Below the pieces are notes generated by a model. That model worked only from the letters and a program-made list of their open reading frames with translations, had not been told where the DNA came from and searched no databases. The translations under genes were made by a program, and so were the position numbers. A stretch of 64,000 bases of DNA from Alphaproteobacteria bacterium (GTDB lineage Bacteria; Pseudomonadota; Alphaproteobacteria; CALKHQ01). Below, one piece after another: positions 8,958 to 18,243 of the stretch; the stretch's first letter is position 1; the number at the start of each line of letters is the position of its first letter. The DNA lies in the NCBI GenBank assembly GCA_965227515.1, contig CBDDFZ010000001.1, positions 1,440,001 to 1,504,000 of the forward strand. The letters are read 5' to 3'.

Positions 8958-10238
8958 ATGCCAAGGCCCAAGGTTTCAAAGATCGGCCCGATGACGCGGC
9001 GCGAACAGCGGTTCGCGTATCGGATGCTGTCGCCGACGATCCTGATTGTCGCCGCCATCGTCCTGCTGCCGCTGGTTGCCACCTTCTGGATCAGCTTCAA
9101 GTCGGTCGAGTTGAGCGACCTGCGGCCGGCCGAAGCGACGGTTCGCGAGCGCTTGCGCGGCGACCTGGTAGCGGCCGGCGACGCGGCTGAGCTGCAGTAC
9201 ACCCTGCGTAATACCTCGCCCAACCAGCCGGTGCTCAATGTCGCTTTGACAGACACATTGCCGGCGGGGCTGACCGTCGCGTCGGTCGACCCGAACTGCA
9301 CCGTGGACGGCGCTGCGATCGCGTGCGCGCTGGATGCCATCGAGGAGGGCGGGCGTGTCGTCCTGGCCCTGGGCGTCGTCGCCGGCGAAGCCTACGTCGC
9401 CGATCCGGCCGATCCACGCGATAGCGAGCCGGTGATCGCGAGCACCTCGCAGAATGCGCTCATCTCCGGCGACTGGACCTTCGAGAATTTCAGCCGCGTG
9501 TTCGATGCCCGCGAGTTCTGGGACGTGCTGTGGGTCACCTTTGCCTACACCTTCTTCGGCACCGCCGGCGCGCTGGTGCTGGGCCTGTTCGCGGCCCAGT
9601 TGCTGGACAAGGCGTTTGCCGGCCGCTCCATCCTGCGCGGCCTGTTTCTGTTCCCCTATGTGGCGCCTGTTATCGCCATGGCCTTCACCTGGCTGATCCT
9701 GCTCGACCCGACCAAGGGGTCGGTCAATAAGCTGCTGATGCAGATGGGCGCGATCGACGAGCCGATCAATTTCTTTGGCGTGCGCTACGTCGACGTTTCG
9801 ATCCTGGGCATCGAGTTCGGCTTTCCCATGGCGCTCTCGATGGTGATCGCGTTCGAGGCGTGGCGCTATTTCCCGCTGAGCTTCCTGTTCATTCTGGCGC
9901 GCAAGCAGTCGATCCCAACCGATATGTACGAGGCCGCCGACATGGACGGCGCCTCGCCGCTGCAGCAGTTCTGGGAACTGTCGCTGCCGCAATTGTTCGG
10001 CATCCTGTCGGTGCTGTTCCTGCTGCGCTTCATATGGACCTTCAACAAGTTCGACGACATCTTCCTGCTGACCGGCGGCGGGTCGGGCACGCGTACGTTG
10101 ACGGTCGACGTCTATGAGAAGGGTTTCGCGCTGAACAATCTGGGCGCCGGGGCCGCCGTCGCCGTGGTCGTGTTCATCATCCTGTTCACCCTGGCGATGC
10201 TCTACTTCCGCTCGATGCCGAAGGAGGAAGGGCTTTGA
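8958..10238 (+). CDS. Sugar ABC permease with inserted DUF11/Ig-like periplasmic domain
   Basis: EAA motif MYEAADMDGA; ~110 aa soluble insert after TM1; start could be 8919, 8958 or 8991. Confidence 0.85.
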   Translation: MPRPKVSKIGPMTRREQRFAYRMLSPTILIVAAIVLLPLVATFWISFKSVELSDLRPAEATVRERLRGDLVAAGDAAELQYTLRNTSPNQPVLNVALTDTLPAGLTVASVDPNCTVDGAAIACALDAIEEGGRVVLALGVVAGEAYVADPADPRDSEPVIASTSQNALISGDWTFENFSRVFDAREFWDVLWVTFAYTFFGTAGALVLGLFAAQLLDKAFAGRSILRGLFLFPYVAPVIAMAFTWLILLDPTKGSVNKLLMQMGAIDEPINFFGVRYVDVSILGIEFGFPMALSMVIAFEAWRYFPLSFLFILARKQSIPTDMYEAADMDGASPLQQFWELSLPQLFGILSVLFLLRFIWTFNKFDDIFLLTGGGSGTRTLTVDVYEKGFALNNLGAGAAVAVVVFIILFTLAMLYFRSMPKEEGL

Positions 10239-11476
10239 GCGCCGGCGCGAGCATGGGCTGGGCGGTCGGGCTCACCGTCGCCTACGGCCTGTTCTGGGGG
10301 CTGGTGGTCAGCCTGCTGGTGGCGGTCGGCCTGGCATTCGCCACCGGGCTGGGCGTGCAGCCCGACATCGGCGCCGGCATCCTGGCCGGCATCGCGGCGG
10401 CGTTGTGCCTGGTCTTCCGTCCACAGCACCTGCGCACCATGCCGTACCTGCTGATCATGGTCGCCGTCGTCATGGTGGCGGTGGTCGCGGTCGGCTTCGG
10501 CGCGCCGTTCGCGGTGTCGCTCGACCAGTCGCCGGTGTCGCAGGTCGTGGCGCTGATCGTATTGGGCCTGGGGCTGGTCTGGGTGCTGCACACGACCCTG
10601 AAGCCGCTGGCGACGTCCGAGGTGAACCGGCGCAAGATCGAGCTGTCGATGATCGCCAGCATGCGCGCGTTCGGCTTCGTGGTGTTCACCGCCGTCGTGG
10701 TGCTGCCGTTCTACGTCATGGTGATGACCAGCCTTAAGAACGAGGCCGAACTGGTCCTGAACCCGCTGGACTTCTCCATCGACCTGGGCCAGGGCTTCAG
10801 CGGCCTGTTCAGCAGCTATATCGAGCTGTTCACCAAGTACGACTTCGGCAGTTTCCTGCTGATATCGGCCATCGTGTCGGTGTGCACCGTGATCGTCACG
10901 CTGCTGTTCGCTGTGCCGGGGGCCTATGCGGTGGCGCGCATGCGGTTCCGTGGCCGGGCGGCGTTCTCGCGCGGCATCCTGATGATCTACATGGTGCCGG
11001 CGATCGTGCTGGTGATCCCGCTCTATGCGGTGTTCAGCCAGCTCGGCCTGCGCAATTCCATCATCGGCCTGTTGATCGTCTATCCGGCGACCACTCTGCC
11101 GGTGGCGCTCTACATGCTGCAGGGCTATTTCCGCGGCCTGCCGTTCGAGCTGGAAGAGGCTGGCCAGATGGACGGCTACAAGCGCCTGGCGGTGATCTGG
11201 CACATCACCCTGCCGCTCAGCATGCCGGCGCTGGCGACGGTCTCGCTCTACGTGTTCATGATCGCGTGGAACGAGTTCCTGTTCGCCTTCATGTTCCTGG
11301 ACGACACCGACGTCTTCACGCTTTCGCGCGGCATCGTCTCGCTGAATTCGTCGGAGGTGCCGCGCCAGCACCTGATGGCGGGCGCGGTGATCGCGACGGT
11401 GCCGATCCTGATCATCTTCCTGTGGGCCGAGCGGTTCCTGGTGCAGGGCCTGACGTCGGGCGGCGTGAAGGGATAG
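10235..11476 (+). CDS. Sugar ABC permease (MalG-like) with extra N-terminal TM region
   Basis: LEEAGQMDG EAA motif, AWNEFLFA, C-terminal GLTSGGVKG; TTG start overlapping the upstream stop. Confidence 0.88.
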   Translation: MSAGASMGWAVGLTVAYGLFWGLVVSLLVAVGLAFATGLGVQPDIGAGILAGIAAALCLVFRPQHLRTMPYLLIMVAVVMVAVVAVGFGAPFAVSLDQSPVSQVVALIVLGLGLVWVLHTTLKPLATSEVNRRKIELSMIASMRAFGFVVFTAVVVLPFYVMVMTSLKNEAELVLNPLDFSIDLGQGFSGLFSSYIELFTKYDFGSFLLISAIVSVCTVIVTLLFAVPGAYAVARMRFRGRAAFSRGILMIYMVPAIVLVIPLYAVFSQLGLRNSIIGLLIVYPATTLPVALYMLQGYFRGLPFELEEAGQMDGYKRLAVIWHITLPLSMPALATVSLYVFMIAWNEFLFAFMFLDDTDVFTLSRGIVSLNSSEVPRQHLMAGAVIATVPILIIFLWAERFLVQGLTSGGVKG

Positions 11477-11483
11477 GGCGGAC

Positions 11484-12776
11484 ATGTCGGAAACGATGCA
11501 CGACATCGCGATGCAACGCCGGGGCGAGGCGCTGGAGGTGCTGCGGCGCAATGACCGCGGCGAGTACTCGGTGCCGACCCATGGCCTCTATCCCATGCAG
11601 TTCAATTGGGATTCCGCGTTCTCGGCCTTGGGCTACGGCTATTTGGACCTGGCGCGCGCGTGGCGCGAGCTGGAGATCCTGACCGAGGCGCAGTGGCCCG
11701 ACGGCATGATCCCGCATGTCATGTTCAGGGGCGGTCACGACAGCTATTTTCCCGGGCCGGCGGTGTGGCAAGCCGGAACGACGTTGCCGACGTCCGGCAT
11801 CACCCAGCCGCCCTATCTGGCAACGGCGTTTCGCCGGCTGCATGTGCGCCACGGCCCGATCGAGCGGGATCGCGGGCAGGCCATGCTGGGCCGCGTCCTG
11901 CGCTGGCACCAATGGTTCCTGGCCGCGCGCAGGGACGAAGGTTCAGGCACCATCATCGCGACCCATCCCTGGGAGTCCGGCCGCGACAACCTGGTCGATT
12001 GGGACGCCGCCATGGATCGCGTGGAGGTGTCGGTCACCGAGCCCTACAAGCGCCGTGACCTGGACCATGTCGACGCGGCTGAGCGACCGACCAAGGACCA
12101 GTACGACCGCTATCTGTCGATCGTCGCCCATGGCGTCTCGCAGGGCTGGGATCAGGCGGTCTTCGGTCGCACGTCTCCGTTCCGCATGGCCGACCCGGGC
12201 ATGACCGCCATCCTGCTGCGTGCCCACCGCGATCTGATCGCCCTGCTGCCAGCCTACGGCTTGGACGACCAAATGGGCGCGGCGACCGCGCTGCTGCCGG
12301 CCATGGAGCGTGGCCTGGAGGGCCTGTGGAACAGCCAGATCGGCGCCTACACCGCCTTCGATCCGGTCGAACGGCGCCATGTCGGCGGCGTTTCGTCGGC
12401 GGCGTTTCTCGGTCCCTATGCTGGCGTCTGCGACCCGGACCGCATCGTCCCGTTGCAGGCCCACTTCGATCGCATCGCGGCACGGTCACGGTTCATGGTG
12501 CCCAGCTACGACCCGGAGAGCGCGCACTTCGATGCCAAGCGCTATTGGCGCGGTCCGGTCTGGCTGATCGTCAACAACATGATCGCCACCGGCTTTGCCG
12601 ACATTGGCGACCACGAGCGCGCGGCGCGCATCCGGCAGGATTCCCGCGAACTCGTCGAGCGCGCCGGTTTTCGCGAGTACTACGATCCGATTACCGGCGA
12701 AGGGTTGGGCGGCGGTGCATTCAGTTGGACGGCCGCCATGTATCTGGACTGGGTTCTGGAAGGCGCTGGAGACTGA
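11484..12776 (+). CDS. GH63 / MGH1-like glycoside hydrolase (glucosylglycerate/mannosylglycerate hydrolase-like)
   Basis: Motifs LYPMQFNWDSAF, HPWESGRDN, YWRGPVW, GFREYYDP, FSWTAA. Confidence 0.85.
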   Translation: MSETMHDIAMQRRGEALEVLRRNDRGEYSVPTHGLYPMQFNWDSAFSALGYGYLDLARAWRELEILTEAQWPDGMIPHVMFRGGHDSYFPGPAVWQAGTTLPTSGITQPPYLATAFRRLHVRHGPIERDRGQAMLGRVLRWHQWFLAARRDEGSGTIIATHPWESGRDNLVDWDAAMDRVEVSVTEPYKRRDLDHVDAAERPTKDQYDRYLSIVAHGVSQGWDQAVFGRTSPFRMADPGMTAILLRAHRDLIALLPAYGLDDQMGAATALLPAMERGLEGLWNSQIGAYTAFDPVERRHVGGVSSAAFLGPYAGVCDPDRIVPLQAHFDRIAARSRFMVPSYDPESAHFDAKRYWRGPVWLIVNNMIATGFADIGDHERAARIRQDSRELVERAGFREYYDPITGEGLGGGAFSWTAAMYLDWVLEGAGD

Positions 12777-12777
12777 T

Positions 12778-13857
12778 ATGGCGGAAATTTCCCTCACGGG
12801 CCTCCACAAGGCGTTTGGGTCCGTGCAAGTCATCAAGGGTGTCGATCTGGAAATCGGCGACCGGGAGTTCGTCGTCTTCGTCGGCCCGTCGGGCTGCGGC
12901 AAGTCGACGATGCTGCGGTTGATCGCCGGCCTTGAGGAGGCGACGTCGGGCAACATCGTGATCGGCGGCAAGGACGTCACCGCGCTGTCCGCCTCCGAGC
13001 GGCAGTTGGCGATGGTCTTCCAGTCTTATGCGCTCTATCCGCACAAGACGGTGGGCGAGAACATGGCTTTCCCCTTGAAGGTCACCCGTAAGTCGAAGGC
13101 GGAAATCGCGTCTGCCGTGCAAGAGGCGGCGGAGTCGCTGCAGCTCGGCCCGCTGCTCAACCGCAAACCGAAGGAGTTGTCCGGCGGCCAACGCCAGCGT
13201 GTCGCCATCGGACGGTCGATCGTGCGCGACCCCAGGGCATTCCTGTTCGACGAGCCGTTGTCGAACCTGGACGCCGCCCTGCGGGTGCAAATGCGGGTGG
13301 AGATCGCCCGCCTGCACAAGCGGCTCGATGCCACCATGATCTACGTCACCCACGACCAGGTCGAGGCGATGACCCTGGCCGACCGCATCGTCGTGTTCTC
13401 CGGCGGCGTCATCGAGCAGGTGGGGCCGCCGTTGGAGCTCTACCGCAACCCGTCCAACCTGTTCGTCGCAACCTTCCTCGGCTCTCCGAAGATGAACATC
13501 CTGGACTGCCGGCCGTCTGACGGGTCAGGCGCCACGGTGACGCTGCCCGACGGGGTCTCGGTCATGACGCAACGTTCCGTCAGCGGCGCGGAAGCGCCAG
13601 CGCATGTCGGCATCCGGCCCGAACACATCGAGCTGGTCGATGACGGCCAGGGCAACGTCAATGGCGTCATTGGGGTTGCCGAGCACCTGGGCGGCGACAG
13701 CTACCTCTATGTCGATATCGAGAACGTCGGCACGGTGGTTGTGCGCGCCGCCGGGGACTGCGGGCTGAAGGACGGCGACCGGGTCCACCTGCGCTTCCGC
13801 GAGGAACACGTCCACCTGTTCGGCGCCAGCGAGAAGGCGCTTACCAGCTTGCCCTAG
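12778..13857 (+). CDS. Sugar ABC transporter ATP-binding protein (MalK/UgpC-like)
   Basis: GPSGCGKST, LSGGQRQRVA, FDEPLSNLDAALR, TOBE-like C-terminus. Confidence 0.95.
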   Translation: MAEISLTGLHKAFGSVQVIKGVDLEIGDREFVVFVGPSGCGKSTMLRLIAGLEEATSGNIVIGGKDVTALSASERQLAMVFQSYALYPHKTVGENMAFPLKVTRKSKAEIASAVQEAAESLQLGPLLNRKPKELSGGQRQRVAIGRSIVRDPRAFLFDEPLSNLDAALRVQMRVEIARLHKRLDATMIYVTHDQVEAMTLADRIVVFSGGVIEQVGPPLELYRNPSNLFVATFLGSPKMNILDCRPSDGSGATVTLPDGVSVMTQRSVSGAEAPAHVGIRPEHIELVDDGQGNVNGVIGVAEHLGGDSYLYVDIENVGTVVVRAAGDCGLKDGDRVHLRFREEHVHLFGASEKALTSLP

Positions 13858-14220
13858 CAGGCTGCCGAGCAACTCCGAAGCGGCCGCGAAGCATGAACAC
13901 TTCGCGACGCGGTTAGGCGCAAAATGTTCAGCTTCCAGAACGGGTTACGGCCCGATTGCGGGCCTGGTCCGTCGTGCCGGCTGACCGATGCATCCAGCAT
14001 CGCTGTCGCCCATTGGTCCATGGGCACGCCCGCCGTTCGCGCAATCGGGCCCGTAGCGCCGTCCTTCCGTCGTTGCTGAACAGCCTGCGACAGGCGTTGG
14101 TCGAAGCGCTTGAGATGCGTTTCCCAAACCCGGAAGCTGACGGCAACACCATATGAGAGTTTGCGGATGGGGCGTGCGTGCGCTCTTTCGATCCCCTGAC
14201 TGGAGAGGGAACCGACGCAA

Positions 14221-16968
14221 ATGGCTGCTCTACAGCCCCGCGACGCATCTGAGGCCCGGCCGAACGACCCGACCGATAAGCCGTTGTTTCATGCTGTGTC
14301 GGCCGATGACGCCGTCTCCCTGCAGCAAAGCCGTCAGAACGGCCTGACAGAAACCGAAGCGCAGGAGCGTCTGGCGCGTTTTGGCTTGAACCGGCTGCCA
14401 GAGCCGGCCAAGCGAAGCCCGCTGGTCCGCTTTCTCCTGCATTTCCACAATATCCTCATCTACGTGCTTCTCGGCTCCGCCATCATCACGGCGGCCCTGG
14501 GGCATCTGGTCGACACGCTCGTGATCCTCGCCGTGGTCATCGTCAATGGCGCGATCGGCTTTGTGCAGGAGGGCAAGGCGGAAAAGGCGATGGATGCCAT
14601 CCGCCATATGCTTGCCCAGAAAGCATCGGTGCTGCGCGACGAGGTTCGGCGTTCGGTCGAAGGCGAAGCGTTGGTGCCCGGCGATATCGTCCTGCTCGAG
14701 GCCGGGGACAAGGTGCCGGCGGACCTCCGGCTGCTTCGCGTGAACGGGCTCCACGTCCAGGAAGCGATCCTCACCGGCGAATCCGTTCCGGTCGAGAAAC
14801 ACACGCACCCCGTCGATGAAGCGGCGTCCCTCGGCGACCGCGGGTGCATGGCATTCAGCGGCACGCTCGTCACCAGCGGGCTAGGACGCGGCGTCGTCGT
14901 GGCGACCGGAGCCGACACGCAGATCGGCCGCATCAGCGGCATCCTTTCCACCGTCCAGACGTTGACGACGCCGCTGCTCCGGCAGATGAACGCATTTGCA
15001 CGCTGGCTGACGATTTTCATTCTGCTGATCGCCGCTGTGCTTCTCGTCTTCGGCTATTTCGTCGAGCATTTCGAGTTTGCCGAAATGTTCATGGCCGTGG
15101 TCGGCCTCTTCGTCGCCGCCATTCCCGAAGGCCTGCCTGCCGTCTTGACCATCACGCTTGCCGTCGGCGTGCAGGCGATGGCGCGCCGTCACGCCATTGT
15201 CCGGCGCTTGCCCACCATCGAGACGCTGGGATCGGTGTCGGTCATCTGCACCGACAAGACGGGCACGCTGACGCGTAACGAGATGATGGTGGCCTCCGTC
15301 GTGACGGATGCCCATGTCTTTTCGCTCGGCGGGGAGGGATACGAACCCAAGGGGGAGATCAGGCTCAACGCCGCCGCTGTGAGCGCGCGGGAACATGCCA
15401 TCCTGCACGAAATCGGTCGGGCGGCCGCTCTCTGCAACGACGCCTCCCTGCATCAGCGCGACGGCGGCTGGGTGGTCGAGGGCGATCCGATGGAAGGGGC
15501 CCTGCTGGCCCTGTCCGGCAAGGTCGGCATCGATACCCGCAGCGAACTCGCCTCATGGACGCGAACCGACGTCATTCCGTTCGACGCCAAGCACCGCTTC
15601 ATGGCGACGCTGAATCATGACCGTGAAAGCCACGCATTCGTCGCGGTAAAGGGTGCGCCCGAGCAGATCGTCCGCATGTGTGACAGGCAGCGCACGACCA
15701 GTAACGGCCTGACGGCCATCGACGAGCGATACTGGCAAGAAAAGGCCGAGGCAATCGCCGCCCAAGGGCAACGCGTTCTGGCCTTCGCCGTGAAACCGGT
15801 GCCGCCCGAGCACACGGCGATCGAGTTCCTCGATGTCGAGGACGGGCTGGTTCTGATCGGCCTTGTCGGGCTGCTCGATCCGCCGCGCCCCGAAACCGTC
15901 GACGCCATCGCGGAATGTCATGGCGCGGGCATACGCGTGAAGATGATCACGGGCGATCACAGGGGCACGGCGGCGGCCATCGGGAAACAGATCAGACTGC
16001 AAAATCCCGGCGCGGTTCTGACCGGAGCCGATCTCGACCAAATGGACGATTCCGCGCTGGCGGCCGCTGTTCTGAATACGGACATTTTTGCCCGCACCAG
16101 TCCGGAGCACAAACTGCGCCTCGTCATGGCCCTGCAATCCCACGGCATGACCGTCGCCATGACCGGGGACGGCGTCAACGACGCGCCCGCGCTGAAACGT
16201 GCCGATGCCGGGATCGCCATGGGCCTCAAAGGCAGCGAGGCGGCGAAAGAAGCGGCCGAATTCGTCCTGGCCGACGACAACTTCGCCTCGATCACGGCCG
16301 CCGTTAGGGAAGGGCGTACCGTCTACGACAATATCAAGAAGGTCATCAGCTGGACGCTCCCGACCAATGCAGGCGAAGCCATGACCATCGTCGTGGCGTT
16401 GCTGTTGGGAATGACGCTGCCGATCACGCCGATACAGATACTCTGGATCAACTTGATCACGGCGATCACGCTCGGCATTGCGCTGGCGTTCGAGCCGACC
16501 GAATCCGGCACCATGCGCCGCCCGCCGCGACCCAGAAACGAGCCGCTGCTGTCCGGCGCGTTGGCGTGGCACATCGTTCTGGTGTCGACGTTGTTTCTGG
16601 GCGGCGTGTTTGGCATGTACGCCTATGCGGTCGATAAGGGCTACTCCATCGACCTCGCGCGCACCATCGCGATGAACACGCTGGTGGTGATGGAGATATT
16701 CCACCTGTTCTTTGCCCGGAATATCTACGGCACATCGCTGACATGGAAAGCCGTCAGGGGCACGAAGGTGGTCTGGGCAACGGTGATCGGTGTGACCGCC
16801 GCGCAACTCGCCATCACCTATCTGCCGCCGCTGCAAACGGTGTTCGCCACGGTCGCCGTTCCGTTTTGGGACGGCGTGTTGATCGTCGGTGTCGGCATCG
16901 TGTTGTTTGCGATCATCGAAACGGAAAAGCAGCTTCGTCTGCGCATACGCCAGATTCGTTCAGCGTAA
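14221..16968 (+). CDS. Cation-transporting P-type ATPase (type II, CtpF/PacL-like)
   Basis: LTGES, IPEGLP, DKTGTLT, TGDGVNDAPAL motifs. Confidence 0.95.
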   Translation: MAALQPRDASEARPNDPTDKPLFHAVSADDAVSLQQSRQNGLTETEAQERLARFGLNRLPEPAKRSPLVRFLLHFHNILIYVLLGSAIITAALGHLVDTLVILAVVIVNGAIGFVQEGKAEKAMDAIRHMLAQKASVLRDEVRRSVEGEALVPGDIVLLEAGDKVPADLRLLRVNGLHVQEAILTGESVPVEKHTHPVDEAASLGDRGCMAFSGTLVTSGLGRGVVVATGADTQIGRISGILSTVQTLTTPLLRQMNAFARWLTIFILLIAAVLLVFGYFVEHFEFAEMFMAVVGLFVAAIPEGLPAVLTITLAVGVQAMARRHAIVRRLPTIETLGSVSVICTDKTGTLTRNEMMVASVVTDAHVFSLGGEGYEPKGEIRLNAAAVSAREHAILHEIGRAAALCNDASLHQRDGGWVVEGDPMEGALLALSGKVGIDTRSELASWTRTDVIPFDAKHRFMATLNHDRESHAFVAVKGAPEQIVRMCDRQRTTSNGLTAIDERYWQEKAEAIAAQGQRVLAFAVKPVPPEHTAIEFLDVEDGLVLIGLVGLLDPPRPETVDAIAECHGAGIRVKMITGDHRGTAAAIGKQIRLQNPGAVLTGADLDQMDDSALAAAVLNTDIFARTSPEHKLRLVMALQSHGMTVAMTGDGVNDAPALKRADAGIAMGLKGSEAAKEAAEFVLADDNFASITAAVREGRTVYDNIKKVISWTLPTNAGEAMTIVVALLLGMTLPITPIQILWINLITAITLGIALAFEPTESGTMRRPPRPRNEPLLSGALAWHIVLVSTLFLGGVFGMYAYAVDKGYSIDLARTIAMNTLVVMEIFHLFFARNIYGTSLTWKAVRGTKVVWATVIGVTAAQLAITYLPPLQTVFATVAVPFWDGVLIVGVGIVLFAIIETEKQLRLRIRQIRSA

Positions 16969-16990
16969 GGATCGGGAGCACGGCTAGAGC

Positions 16991-17557
16991 CTTTTCCGCC
17001 AGTCGGTGTACGGGCGTCTCGCCGGGTACGAGGATGTCTACGACGCCGAGCGGCTCGGACGCGACCCTGCCATGCGCTGGGGCATTCGCCGCCAACGCCG
17101 TCCGGCCGCAGCTGCATGCGCTGGCCTACAACCTCGCCAACTTCATGCGCACCCTGGCGTTTCCCGATGCCGTCGAGAAGTGGACGCTGACGACGCTCAG
17201 GGCAAAGCTTGTCAAGATCGGTGCCAGGATCGTCCGCCACGGCCGCTACGTGATCTTCCAGTTGGCCGAGGTCGCCGTCCCGCGTCACCTATTCGCTGAC
17301 ATCCTGCGTCGCATCGACCGGCTCAGACCGAAACTTGTACCGTCATGATCGGCGGCAACCAGTTCCTCCATGCCGACGACTGCGTCGGTCCGGCCCGAAC
17401 CTGCACGAACGGGCCGTTTCCTGCCGTTGTCGGACAACGACAGCGTTCCTGCCATTTGAAAAGCTCGCGGCTCCCCGGCATTCGCCATTGGGCTCGCGCG
17501 TTGAGCCAATCAGAGTCACCTTTGCTCACCGGAACAGGTCCACATGGGGAATCCCGG
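16991..17557 (+). mobile_element. IS1380-family remnant with internally deleted transposase
   Basis: N-terminal piece RQSVYGRLAGYEDVYDAERLGRDPAMRW joined out of frame to C-terminal piece FAANAVR..HALAYNLANFMRTLA..KLVKIGARIVRHGRYVIFQLAEVAVPR; end motif GGGGAATCCCGG at ~17557. Confidence 0.8.
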
Positions 17558-17568
17558 TCAAAAGCACA

Positions 17569-18243
17569 CTAAAACTTTTTGAAGATCCGTTTTTCGAGGT
17601 ATTGACATCTAAGTGTCTCGGACTCTTTTTGACTTCCCGAGTAGTCAAACTTGTAAATCTTCGCAAGTTCGGCCTTGGGAATGTATTGTGCGATTCCCCA
17701 ATACCCATACCGTTTGTCATCGTCCTGACCGCCTTGACCCCCGGGCGCACGCTGCGTCGGAGGCTGCCGGTCTCTCCTCCCCATGCTCTCTCCGGTAATG
17801 TGTTTGCCACCTACCGGGAACAATCCACCATTTGCATCACGCATACCTTCTATAAGACGCTTCGCTATTCCTTCTTGGCGCGCTTCTTTTCCCATATTTG
17901 ACATGAGTTGATAATATTCAGAGTCAGCACATTTGATTCTCCATTCGTTTTTTAAAGCGGTATCAAAAATAAGTCTAAGGGCACCGTGATCAAACTTCTG
18001 TGCCTGATCTATCATCAATTTGATAAGTTTTTCACTTGATTTTTCTTTTTCAAATTCTACTGGCATTTCCAAAAATAATGTTCGGTTTTCAGCCTTCCCA
18101 ATGTCTTCAATCAATTTTGCGCCAAAAGCAAATCCATGTGCTTTCCCGTGAGGTTCACTTACAATAGTCAGGCCTCCATACAATATATTATGCTTTGCCA
18201 TATTATATGCAGTCTCAGGGTCAGATTTGATCGTGGCGACCAT
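17569..18243 (-). CDS. Hypothetical AT-rich protein (possibly ChaN/EreA/TIKI-like fold)
   Basis: 224 aa open frame in markedly AT-rich DNA; VSEPH, LFLEM, VGGKH pattern. Confidence 0.6.
   Translation of the reverse strand: MVATIKSDPETAYNMAKHNILYGGLTIVSEPHGKAHGFAFGAKLIEDIGKAENRTLFLEMPVEFEKEKSSEKLIKLMIDQAQKFDHGALRLIFDTALKNEWRIKCADSEYYQLMSNMGKEARQEGIAKRLIEGMRDANGGLFPVGGKHITGESMGRRDRQPPTQRAPGGQGGQDDDKRYGYWGIAQYIPKAELAKIYKFDYSGSQKESETLRCQYLEKRIFKKF

Noticed and set aside
13928-14220. yybP-ykoY (Mn2+) or M-box riboswitch upstream of the P-type ATPase
   Set aside because: Consensus motifs not recognisable by eye; kept only as an unassigned structured element
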